Source: Oscillospiraceae bacterium (lineage in GTDB: Bacteria > Bacillota > Clostridia > Oscillospirales > Ruminococcaceae). Taken from it: a stretch of 64,000 nucleotides of DNA. Below the pieces are notes generated by a model that was not told where the DNA came from, made no database searches, and worked only from the letters and a program-made list of their open reading frames with translations. Positions 55,863 to 64,000 of this stretch are shown here, in pieces; positions within the stretch are counted from its first letter, which is position 1, and each line of letters begins with the position of its first letter. A program made the position numbers and the translations under genes. The stretch is taken from assembly GCA_003531585.1 (NCBI GenBank), contig DQFX01000060.1, positions 63,320-127,319 on the forward strand, given 5' to 3'.

Positions 55863-55935
55863 AAAAGAGGGCTGCCGACAAATTATAATTTAGCGGCAAG
55901 CGTTCCACTCGTTGCAACCCTTAATAGGGAGTCAA

Positions 55936-56170
55936 GGGGGACGCGTCCCCCTTGCGAGTCGAGGGCAGCGCCCTCGTCGCCGTTAGGCGAAACACTCCGC
56001 ACGAAGTGCGGCACTCTGCGCGCTGGCGCGCAGTTACTCCGTGCGGAAGCACGGCTAAACGCCAAAAAGCGCTAAAGGGGTGTGGGGGAAAACAAGAGTT
56101 TTCCCCCACAAGCGACATGTTGTCTTTGTTGAGCCTGACTTCCCAAACAGTCCGGTGGACTGTTTGGGAA
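55936..56170. other. Intergenic cluster of at least 7 perfect stem-loops between two convergent EamA genes.
   Basis: Palindromes gggggacgcgtccccc; cgagggc agc gccctcg; ccgcac gaa gtgcgg; tgcgcgc tg gcgcgca; ccgtgc ggaa gcacgg; gtgggggaaaac aaga gttttcccccac (12-bp stem); ttcccaaacagtcc ggt ggactgtttgggaa (14-bp stem). Confidence 0.4.
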
Positions 56171-56242
56171 GCATATTTCTAGCCGGAATATGCAAACATA
56201 AACAATTAAATGGCTGCCCTAAAAGGAGCAGCCATCTTTGTA

Positions 56243-57106
56243 TTATCCGACCAGCATGAGCAGAGTTCCCGCGACAAGTATCGCAAGACCTGCAGCGGAG
56301 CGTTTCGTGAGCTTTTCGTGGAACACTATGTAGGAGAACAGTATCGACACGAGGATACTAAGCTTGTCTATCGGAACAACAACGCTTGCAGGACCGTCCT
56401 GAAGCGCCTTGTAGTAGCACAGCCAGGAGCCGCCGGTAGCGAGTCCCGAGAGGGCGATGAACAGCAGCTCGCGCTTGTCCAGCCCGCGGAGCTTATCCGC
56501 CTTGCCCGTCACAGGGACCATCAGCCATGCCATCACCAGGACAACCGCAGTGCGTATCGCAGTGCCGAGGTCGGAGCTTACGCCGTCGATACCTATTTTA
56601 CCGAGTATCGAGGTCAGCGCGGCGAATACTGCCGAGAGAATCGCGTAGGGAAGCCACTTCGCGCTGTTTGAGCCGGGACTGTCGGTTTTCTTCTTTTCGA
56701 TCATCAGCAGGGTTCCGGCAAGTATCATCACCATGCATATGCATTTCAGCGGGGAAATGCTCTCGTGCAGGAAGATGAAAGCGAGCGCCATTGTAAGCAC
56801 CGTGCTGGATTTGTCCACCGGCACGACCTTGTTTACATCGCCTACCTGAAGCGCCCTGAAATAGCACAGCCAGGAACCGCCGGTCGCAAGTCCTGAAAGC
56901 ACGAGGAACAGCCATGTTTTGCCGCTTATGTTCGTGATGCCGCTCCAGGAGCCGGTTATCATGGTCATGAGTATCGCCATGATAAGCACCGCGATGGTTC
57001 GCAGAGCGGTTGCCACAGTAGAATCAGTCTTGCGGATACCGCATTTTGCAAGAATTGAAGTTAATCCGGCAAAGAACGCCGACCCGGCCGCGAACACCAG
57101 CCACAT
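56243..57106 (-). CDS. EamA/DMT family transporter (second copy, convergent).
   Basis: Duplicated EamA domains (...LSGLATGGSWLCYFRAL and ...LSGLATGGSWLCYYKAL). ATG 57106 after AAAGGAAG; the ORF extends to 57145. Confidence 0.75.
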   Translation of the reverse strand: MWLVFAAGSAFFAGLTSILAKCGIRKTDSTVATALRTIAVLIMAILMTMITGSWSGITNISGKTWLFLVLSGLATGGSWLCYFRALQVGDVNKVVPVDKSSTVLTMALAFIFLHESISPLKCICMVMILAGTLLMIEKKKTDSPGSNSAKWLPYAILSAVFAALTSILGKIGIDGVSSDLGTAIRTAVVLVMAWLMVPVTGKADKLRGLDKRELLFIALSGLATGGSWLCYYKALQDGPASVVVPIDKLSILVSILFSYIVFHEKLTKRSAAGLAILVAGTLLMLVG

Positions 57107-57344
57107 AAAACGCACTTCCTTTGAGTGAAGAAAAATCAGACCCACCTGGAGGTCTGCTTATATTATTGTATCACGTATTGATGCGTCTGTCAATGAGATA
57201 TGCAACATTTGTATGGCTGTTGAATCATAATTCACAACTGGGCTTTTCTAAAAAATAGCTGATAATTTATCTCAGGTCATTGACATGATGACTTTTGATG
57301 ATGTATAATAAATATGTATATATTGCATGTATAAGGGGTGGATT

Positions 57345-59297
57345 ATGGAAAACAGAAAATGTATTGCTGTGCTTACTGAGAAACCAAGCTTGGACTATCA
57401 GTCCGGAATACTTAAAGGAATATACAGATCGGCATTCAGCCATGACGCCAACGTAGCGGTATTCTGCGTAACAAGCACACGCAGCGACGAAGCCTACCAG
57501 ATCGGTGAAATGGTGATATTTTCACTCCTAGGGGATTACTCCAGTTTTTCGGGCGTGATATACCTTCCGGATACTATCGACTATTCCATGCGCGACACCC
57601 TGATCACCGAAAAACTGATTGCGGCTTCCAGAAAAATAAAAATCCCGGTCGTGACCATCGACGGCAATTATGATGAGTTCCCCTGCTTCCTCTCGGACGA
57701 CTCTGAGCCGATACAGTTCTTGGTGGATCACCTATCCGCCGGGCATGGCTGTAAGGATATCGCGTTCGTTACCGGAAGAAAGAACCACCCTCACGCTGAA
57801 CACCGCCTGGAAGCGTTCAGCCGGGCAATGTCGAAAAATAACCTTGAAATACGCGAAAACCGCATGTTTTACGGAGATTTCTGGCGCACCTGCGGCGAAG
57901 ATATCGTAAGCTCCCTGCTGGCGGGGGAAAGCGGGCTTCCGGAAGCGATAATATGCGCGAACAGCTACATGGCGGACGGAATATACGAAGCGCTGTACAA
58001 GCGCGGGTTTCGCGCGCCCAGGGATATAAAGCTCGCGTGCTACGGCGAAAAGACCGAAACCTCTGAATACATCTCCGCAACGATAAGAGCCACCGATAGC
58101 CTCGGATTCTCAGCCTGCGAGGGTCTGTTCAGCATGATAAACGGCGGAAGCATTCCAAGCGTCAACCGTATTCCTACCGAGTTCCAGAAACGCCCCGCGA
58201 TGACCTGCGGCTGCATGCAACCGGACGAATACAACCTGCTGGATTTCCGCATGAAGGATCCCAACGAGGTCAGCGATTTCTTCACCGAGTACAACACCAT
58301 GAGCGAGAGCCTGATAAGGCGCCCGAACATCCGCGAGACCCTGTGGACCGCAAACTGGTATACCCACCTGTTCGGGGACTTCACCAGATTCAGCGTGTGC
58401 ATGTGCGACGATGTAGTGAAACCCGAGCTGTCGCTTGACGAGAACGATGTCTGCGTAAGCTACACCGATGAAATGCTGACGGTGCTCGACCACAAACGCC
58501 TCCCCGACGGGACCTCAGACGCTTTCGTCGGAACGGACAGGCGGTTCCCGGTCAGCGAGGTGTACCCTCCGCTGTTCAGCGCCGACGGCGACCCCGCCGC
58601 GTATGTTTTCAGGCAGCTACATTTTATCGAAAGGTGCTACGGGTACGCCGTGCTCTCATACGGCAGTAAAATAATTTCACCGCAGGCAAGCTTTGATTTC
58701 TGGGTGAACGTCCTGGCAAACGCCGTTGAATCCCAACGCCGCCTGACTATAATGCGGTACCTTTATAAAAAGGTCAACCAGGACGCCGTTACGGACTCAA
58801 TGACCGGACTTTTCAACAGAAACGGTTTCAACTCCATGCTTCCACAGATGATAACCGAGGCGCGGGAGGCGGGGAAGAACTTCCTGCTGATAATGTCCGA
58901 CCTGAACGGACTGAAATACGTAAACGACAGCTTCGGTCACAGCGAGGGCGATAATCTGATAAATACCGCCGCCGGACTGCTTTCCTGCACCCGCATCAGC
59001 GGAGCTTCCTGCGAGAAGAATTTCCGTATCGGCGGCGACGAATTCGTGAAGGCTGCCTACGGCGATATCACTCAGCAGGGAATCGACGAATTCCGCCGTG
59101 AGATCAGCGAAAAGGTGAACAGCACCAACAGCACCTCCGGCAAGCCCTACCCGATCTACATGCCGATAGGTACCTGCCTGCGCAGCCCCGGCGATATCCC
59201 GGACTGCGACAAAATGCTCTCCAGCGCTGACGAAGCGATGTACGCCGACAAGATACGCCTGAAATCAGTGACCGGCTTCGATCCCAAAAGAAAATGA
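57345..59297 (+). CDS. Diguanylate cyclase with an N-terminal cytoplasmic periplasmic-binding-protein-like (LacI-type sugar-binding fold) sensor domain.
   Basis: GGDEF domain with RIGGDEF active site. The N-terminal roughly 280 aa resemble a PBP type I fold and have no TM helix. ATG 57345 after AAGGGGTGG. Confidence 0.75.
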   Translation: MENRKCIAVLTEKPSLDYQSGILKGIYRSAFSHDANVAVFCVTSTRSDEAYQIGEMVIFSLLGDYSSFSGVIYLPDTIDYSMRDTLITEKLIAASRKIKIPVVTIDGNYDEFPCFLSDDSEPIQFLVDHLSAGHGCKDIAFVTGRKNHPHAEHRLEAFSRAMSKNNLEIRENRMFYGDFWRTCGEDIVSSLLAGESGLPEAIICANSYMADGIYEALYKRGFRAPRDIKLACYGEKTETSEYISATIRATDSLGFSACEGLFSMINGGSIPSVNRIPTEFQKRPAMTCGCMQPDEYNLLDFRMKDPNEVSDFFTEYNTMSESLIRRPNIRETLWTANWYTHLFGDFTRFSVCMCDDVVKPELSLDENDVCVSYTDEMLTVLDHKRLPDGTSDAFVGTDRRFPVSEVYPPLFSADGDPAAYVFRQLHFIERCYGYAVLSYGSKIISPQASFDFWVNVLANAVESQRRLTIMRYLYKKVNQDAVTDSMTGLFNRNGFNSMLPQMITEAREAGKNFLLIMSDLNGLKYVNDSFGHSEGDNLINTAAGLLSCTRISGASCEKNFRIGGDEFVKAAYGDITQQGIDEFRREISEKVNSTNSTSGKPYPIYMPIGTCLRSPGDIPDCDKMLSSADEAMYADKIRLKSVTGFDPKRK

Positions 59298-59455
59298 CCC
59301 GGGACCTTCCCGCGCTTCGGCGCAGGAGGGTCTTTGACGTCCCGGGAGGTATTTGCAAAAAGTATCCCGCGGAGCTCCCGCTATGTCTTGACTATTCCTG
59401 CGAAAAGATGTATAATGAAAGGTACTCAATTTCAAAGAAAAGGATACTATATAAT

Positions 59456-60679
59456 ATGGAAAGAAACTATCCCAAGGCGACCATCACCGAAAAGGGCGAG
59501 AGGGCACTCCGCGGCGGACACCCGTGGGTCTATGCCGACGAGGTCACAGAGGTCTCCGGCGAATACGAAAACGGCGGCCTTGCCGACGTTTTCAGCCGCA
59601 AGGGGCGCTACCTCGGCACAGGTTACATAAACGACAACTCCAAGATACGCATACGCGTCATCTCACGCAACGCCAACGACAGATTCGACCGGGACTTCTA
59701 CGCCCGCAGGATACGCTACGCGCTGGACTACCGCCGCACCGTCATGGGCGCGGAGGACTTCCGCTGCTGCCGTCTCATATTCGGCGAGGCTGACAGCTTC
59801 CCCGGATTCACCGTCGACAGATTCGGGGACGTCCTTGTTGCGCAGGTGCTGTCCCTCGGCACGGAGCGCGTAAAGGACGCGCTCTACGAGCTGCTTGTGC
59901 AGACCCTCGCGGATATGGGCGAGCATATCTCCGCAATATACGAGCGCAACGACGTTAAGATACGCGAGCTTGAGGGCATGGAGGAATACAAGGGCTTCTG
60001 GGCTGGCGCGGGGCTTCGCACCGACCTTTCCGGCGTGACCGAGATAACTGAAAACGGCATAAAATACACCGTGGACTACATCAATGGTCAGAAAACCGGA
60101 TTCTTCCTCGATCAGAAGTACAATCGCCAGGCAATCCGCCGCATTGCGGAGGGACGTACCGTCCTCGACTGCTTCACGCATACCGGCTCGTTCGCGCTGA
60201 ACGCCGCAGCAGCCGGAGCAAAGTCCGTGACCGCCGTGGATATCTCCGCGGACGCCATCGAGATGACCCGCCGCAACGCTGAGCAGAACGGCTTTACCAA
60301 TGTGGAGTTCCGGCAGGCTGACGTGTTCGACCTGCTCACCGAGCTTTACCGCGCGGGAGGCCACCCCTATGACTTCATAATCCTCGACCCGCCGGCGTTC
60401 ACGAAGAGCTCCAGCACCGTAAGGGCGGCGGAGCGCGGCTACAAGGAGATAAACCTCAAGGCTATGAGGCTGCTGCCAAGGGGCGGCTACCTTGCGACCT
60501 GCTCCTGCTCGCACTTCATGACTGAAACGCTGTTCCGGCATATGCTCCATGACGCAGCAGCCGACGCGGGAGTCTCGCTGCGGCAGATAGAGGCGCGCAG
60601 GCAGGCTCCGGATCACCCGATACTCTGGAACGTTCCCGAGACGGATTACCTCAAGTTCTATATTTTCCAGGTGGTGTAA
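59456..60679 (+). CDS. rlmI: Class I SAM-dependent rRNA methyltransferase, RlmI/RlmK-like (PUA plus methyltransferase).
   Basis: RGGHPWVYADEV resembles the RRHPWVFSGAV N-terminus of RlmI; SAM motif LDCFTHTGSFAL; DPPAF motif. Confidence 0.7.
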   Translation: MERNYPKATITEKGERALRGGHPWVYADEVTEVSGEYENGGLADVFSRKGRYLGTGYINDNSKIRIRVISRNANDRFDRDFYARRIRYALDYRRTVMGAEDFRCCRLIFGEADSFPGFTVDRFGDVLVAQVLSLGTERVKDALYELLVQTLADMGEHISAIYERNDVKIRELEGMEEYKGFWAGAGLRTDLSGVTEITENGIKYTVDYINGQKTGFFLDQKYNRQAIRRIAEGRTVLDCFTHTGSFALNAAAAGAKSVTAVDISADAIEMTRRNAEQNGFTNVEFRQADVFDLLTELYRAGGHPYDFIILDPPAFTKSSSTVRAAERGYKEINLKAMRLLPRGGYLATCSCSHFMTETLFRHMLHDAAADAGVSLRQIEARRQAPDHPILWNVPETDYLKFYIFQVV

Positions 60680-60680
60680 T

Positions 60681-60959
60681 ATGCAGCTTACCGAAAAAGA
60701 CCTGCTCCCGGGAACCGTCGTGCAGCACTTCAAGCGCGGAATGCTCCCGGAAAGCGAGCGCGCGGACAGCGCGATGTACCTTTACGAGATACTCGGAGTT
60801 GCCCGCCACACAGAGTCCGGAGAAATGCTGGTGGTGTACCGTGCGCTCTACGGCGAGCACAGGATATGCGCCCGCCCGCTTGAGATGTTCCTTTCCGAGA
60901 CCGACCGTGAGAAATACCCCGAGGCAGGACAGAAATACCGGTTTGAGCCGGTGAAATAG
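60681..60959 (+). CDS. DUF1653 family protein.
   Basis: YRHFKG-like HFKRGM...YRALYGEH pattern; 2-nt gap after rlmI. Confidence 0.6.
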   Translation: MQLTEKDLLPGTVVQHFKRGMLPESERADSAMYLYEILGVARHTESGEMLVVYRALYGEHRICARPLEMFLSETDREKYPEAGQKYRFEPVK

Positions 60960-60983
60960 CGAAATTCCAGAAAGAAGCGACCA

Positions 60984-62381
60984 ATGAGATCAGCAAAATA
61001 CGTTGATATGTGCAGCGGCCCCGTGCTGCGCAAGATGATAGTTTTTACACTTCCGATAATGTTTTCGGGGCTTTTCCAACTGCTTTTCAATGCGACCGAT
61101 ATCATCGTCGTGGGAAGGTTTGCAGGCGATAACGCGCTTGCCGCGGTAGGTTCGAACACCGCGCTCATCAACCTCATGACCAACCTGTTTATCGGTATTT
61201 CCATCGGCGCGAACGTCGTGGCGGCGCGCTACTGCGGCGCGAAAAACTACTCCGAGCTTAACAGGACAGTCCACACGTCAATGCTGCTCAGCGTTATCAG
61301 CGGATTCCTGCTGATGGCTGCTGGACTGCTTTTCGCGGAGCAGATACTCGGGCTGATGTCCACGCCGGAGAGCATTCTCGGCATGGCTTCGGATTATCTG
61401 CGGCTCTACTTCTGCGGAATGCCGTTCATGATGATCTACAATTTCGGAAACGCGCTCCTCCGCGCCGCCGGGGACACCCGCCGCCCTCTGATATACCTCA
61501 TCTGCGGCGGAGTAGTCAACGTGCTGCTCGACCTGCTGTTCGTCATCGCGCTGGATATGAGCGCCGCAGGAGTAGGTCTCGCGACCGCGATTTCCCAGGG
61601 TGTTTCGGCGGCGCTGATGGTTCGCTGCCTCATGCGCGAGACGGACGAGAACGGTCTGAAGCTGCGGCTGAAAAACCTGCGTATCCACAAAGACAAGCTG
61701 CTGATGATACTTAAAATCGGGCTTCCCGCCGGATTCCAGGGAACGGTGTTCTCGCTCTCGAACGTTGTTATCCAAAGCTCCATAAACCTGTTCGGCGAGG
61801 CGGTCATTGCGGGTAACTCCGCGGCGGCAAGCATCGAGGGATTTGTCTACATGGCAATGAACTCCTGCTATCAGTCCACGCTGTCGTTCACCAGCGCGAA
61901 CATTGGCGCAGGGAAATACGAGCGTATCAACAAGATACTTCGCTGCGGACTGCTGTGCGTGGTGGCGGTGTGGGCTATCCTGGGTCTCGGCGTTGCGATG
62001 ACGTTCAGCCGGCCGCTGCTCAGTATCTACACCTCCGGAGACGAGGCGATAAACGCCGGCGTGCGCCGTATGATGTACGTCTGCGGCACATACTTCCTGT
62101 GCGGCATTATGGACGTCATGGTTGGCTCCCTGCGCGGAATGGGCTATTCAGTCACGCCGATGATAGTTTCGCTGCTCGGCGCATGCGGACTCAGGCTTGT
62201 GTGGCTCGGGACGGTGTTCCAGATGGAGCAGTTCCATACGCCGGACACTGTGTACCTGTCCTATCCGGTTTCCTGGGTGATAACGGTCGCGGCGCATGTT
62301 ATCTGCTTCTTCATATGCCGGAGAAGGCTCAAAAAGAAGGTCCAGCTCCGGAAAACGGAAAGCGTTCCGGAGGCGCGGTGA
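60984..62381 (+). CDS. MATE family efflux transporter.
   Basis: 12-TM MATE topology with two repeated halves. Confidence 0.85.
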   Translation: MRSAKYVDMCSGPVLRKMIVFTLPIMFSGLFQLLFNATDIIVVGRFAGDNALAAVGSNTALINLMTNLFIGISIGANVVAARYCGAKNYSELNRTVHTSMLLSVISGFLLMAAGLLFAEQILGLMSTPESILGMASDYLRLYFCGMPFMMIYNFGNALLRAAGDTRRPLIYLICGGVVNVLLDLLFVIALDMSAAGVGLATAISQGVSAALMVRCLMRETDENGLKLRLKNLRIHKDKLLMILKIGLPAGFQGTVFSLSNVVIQSSINLFGEAVIAGNSAAASIEGFVYMAMNSCYQSTLSFTSANIGAGKYERINKILRCGLLCVVAVWAILGLGVAMTFSRPLLSIYTSGDEAINAGVRRMMYVCGTYFLCGIMDVMVGSLRGMGYSVTPMIVSLLGACGLRLVWLGTVFQMEQFHTPDTVYLSYPVSWVITVAAHVICFFICRRRLKKKVQLRKTESVPEAR

Positions 62382-62419
62382 GTTGAATTCCGGCGGCGGT
62401 TACGATAATTATTAAACAA

Positions 62420-62455
62420 CGGGCAGGCAGTTTGTCTGCCCGTGTTTGTTTTGTT
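62420..62455 (+). terminator. Terminator after the MATE gene.
   Basis: Hairpin cgggcag gcagtttgt ctgcccg followed by tgtttgttttgtt. Confidence 0.6.
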
Positions 62456-62616
62456 GCAAGCGTATGCTTCGGACTATAATTCTGTAATATTTTGTTTTTC
62501 TGCACAAAAATAATTTAATGTATATTGCATTTTATATAGATTTATGCTATAATCAATATATCAAATGCCAAATGCGGGAAATCCCCGCGAGCCAACTCAG
62601 GGAGGGTATACTGCGC

Positions 62617-64000
62617 ATGCTCTCAGACAAAAACAAACTCCGTACGCTCCTTCTGAGCGACGACCTCGACATACGCCACAAACTTCAGAATATACTGATT
62701 ACTATAAGCATGGCGGGCTGCGCCGCGTCAGTGGTGATCTCCTTCGCGACGCAGATGAGTCTCGCGGGGAACCTCGCCTCCTTGCTCGGGCTGCTTACGC
62801 TGTTCCTGGCGTTCTATCTCTCGGTTATTCGCAAAAAGAAAGAAGCAGCGTCCTACCTCATCACTATTGCGGTAAATCTGGTGCTGTTCCCGCTGATGTA
62901 CATGCTGAACGGGGGAGTCTACAGCGGAATGCCCCTCTGGCTCGCATTCGGGCTGGCGTTCCCGTGGTTCGCGATGGACGGCGCCAGGTGCTGCGTGATG
63001 TTCGCACTTGACCTTATCGCCGCGCTCGGCTGCCTTGCAGTCCAGATGTTCTTTCCGGAACTTATCCTGCTCCCCGAGGGCGACCTCACAAAAATGGCCG
63101 TGCTTGACGTAGCTCAGGTGATGGTGACGGTCCCGGTGATGATCGGGCTTACCGTTAAGTACCAGAGCGTAGTTTTCATGCGACAGCAGCGCAAAATGGA
63201 ACAGCAGGAAAAAAAGCTGCTGGAAGCGATGCGCACCGCCGACCGTGCCAACGAAGCCAAAACATCCTTCCTCGCAAGCATGTCGCACGAGATACGCACG
63301 CCCATCAACGCGGTCCTGGGAATGGACGAGATGATACTACGGGAAAGCAGCGACGAGTCTATCCTGAGCTATGCGGCGAATATCCAGTCCGCCGGGCACT
63401 CTCTGCTATCGGTGATAAACGATATCCTCGACCTGTCGAAGATAGAATCCGGCAGGCTGGAGCTTCTAACCGCAGAATACAGTACGCAGCAGCTAATGAA
63501 CGACTGTTACAGCATGATGATAATGCGGGCTGAGAAAAAAGACCTGCTGCTTGAGATAAAGAACGATCCTCAGCTTCCCGCGAAGCTCGCCGGTGATGAA
63601 GTGCGGCTGCGGCAGGTCATACTGAACCTGCTGACAAACGCCGTGAAGTACACCTCCGCGGGCGAGGTTACTATGCGCGTTGATTTCAAACATACCGCTG
63701 AAAACGAGATCATGCTGAAAATATCCGTCCGCGACACCGGAATGGGTATCTCGCAGGAGAATCAGCAGAACCTGTTCAAGGCGTTCCGCCGGCTGGACGA
63801 AATGACCAACCGCCACATCGAAGGCACCGGTCTTGGGCTCAATATAACAAAGCATCTCACTGAAATGATGGGAGGTACCATCGCGGTGCGCAGCACGCTG
63901 GGCTCCGGCTCGGAATTCACTGTGGAGATACCGCAGCGCGTGGTGTCATACGAACCGGTCGGGGTGTTCATCGAGAACCGCCGAGCCGCCAGCGGTCAGA
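62617..64000 (+). CDS. Sensor histidine kinase with a multi-TM N-terminal sensor; it runs off the window and is probably hybrid.
   Basis: Open frame from ATG 62617 to the window end. HisKA SFLASMSHEIRTPINAVLGM; HATPase GTGLGLNITKHLTEMMGGTI. Not in the ORF track because no stop occurs inside the window. Confidence 0.75.
   Translation, partial: MLSDKNKLRTLLLSDDLDIRHKLQNILITISMAGCAASVVISFATQMSLAGNLASLLGLLTLFLAFYLSVIRKKKEAASYLITIAVNLVLFPLMYMLNGGVYSGMPLWLAFGLAFPWFAMDGARCCVMFALDLIAALGCLAVQMFFPELILLPEGDLTKMAVLDVAQVMVTVPVMIGLTVKYQSVVFMRQQRKMEQQEKKLLEAMRTADRANEAKTSFLASMSHEIRTPINAVLGMDEMILRESSDESILSYAANIQSAGHSLLSVINDILDLSKIESGRLELLTAEYSTQQLMNDCYSMMIMRAEKKDLLLEIKNDPQLPAKLAGDEVRLRQVILNLLTNAVKYTSAGEVTMRVDFKHTAENEIMLKISVRDTGMGISQENQQNLFKAFRRLDEMTNRHIEGTGLGLNITKHLTEMMGGTIAVRSTLGSGSEFTVEIPQRVVSYEPVGVFIENRRAASGQ

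Noticed and set aside
55936-56170. Hairpin cluster as SRP RNA, RNase P RNA, tmRNA or 6S RNA.
   Set aside because: None of the conserved primary-sequence blocks I know for these RNAs are present: SRP domain IV, the RNase P P4 GGAAAGTCCGGGCTCC, or the tmRNA 5' GGGG with 3' tRNA-like end.
59663-60733. 356-aa minus-strand ORF across rlmI.
   Set aside because: Antisense to the methyltransferase; no motifs.

Overview
This 64 kb window is a high-GC (about 60%) chromosomal segment of a spore-forming, probably cellulosome-bearing Firmicute. The lineage guess (Clostridia/Oscillospiraceae-like) rests on the spmA/spmB, abrB and yjfB genes and on a dockerin-tagged 1283-aa surface protein. Most of the window is ordinary housekeeping and accessory content. 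It starts in the 3' end of nrdD, followed by nrdG and dut. Next come a GH95 fucosidase with a TetR regulator, glgB, tRNA-Ser(GGA), hemerythrin, a LysR regulator, the dockerin protein, a GNAT acetyltransferase and a bacterial-type poly(ADP-ribose) glycohydrolase (GGG-X7-QEE signature). The middle of the window carries rlmD, an intact methyl-accepting chemotaxis protein beside a decayed tandem paralog, a GH43 hydrolase, an EF-G paralog, rlmA, a CCA-adding enzyme, spmAB, abrB, an ABC-F ATPase, a DEDD exonuclease and a HAD hydrolase. Further on are yjfB, a PAP2 phosphatase, an SPFH-YhfC-Arc-SdpI-like membrane cluster, HdeD, a heterodimeric ABC exporter pair, aspS, VanW, a choloylglycine hydrolase, ugd, a hybrid histidine kinase, pdxK, two EamA transporters, a PBP-GGDEF cyclase, rlmI, a MATE exporter and a second histidine kinase that runs off the window end. 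The structure most worth a second look falls into four groups. First, a roughly 1 kb AT-rich islet inserted at the 3' end of rlmD, bounded by a perfect 26-bp direct repeat that duplicates the gene's last codons. Second, a MITE-like family with about 20-bp terminal inverted repeats, present in two copies. Third, a stand-alone unit with a consensus promoter, consensus RBS, a 26-codon four-cysteine ORF and a terminator, sitting in front of an uncharacterised multi-TM protein. Fourth, a 235-bp run of at least seven perfect hairpins between two convergent EamA genes. Smaller observations include compositional mosaicism at the 5' end of the dockerin gene, a low-GC orphan gene with its own promoter and terminator, two short gene remnants, and several candidate operator motifs. 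All calls rest on reading the sequence and translations; no database search was possible.
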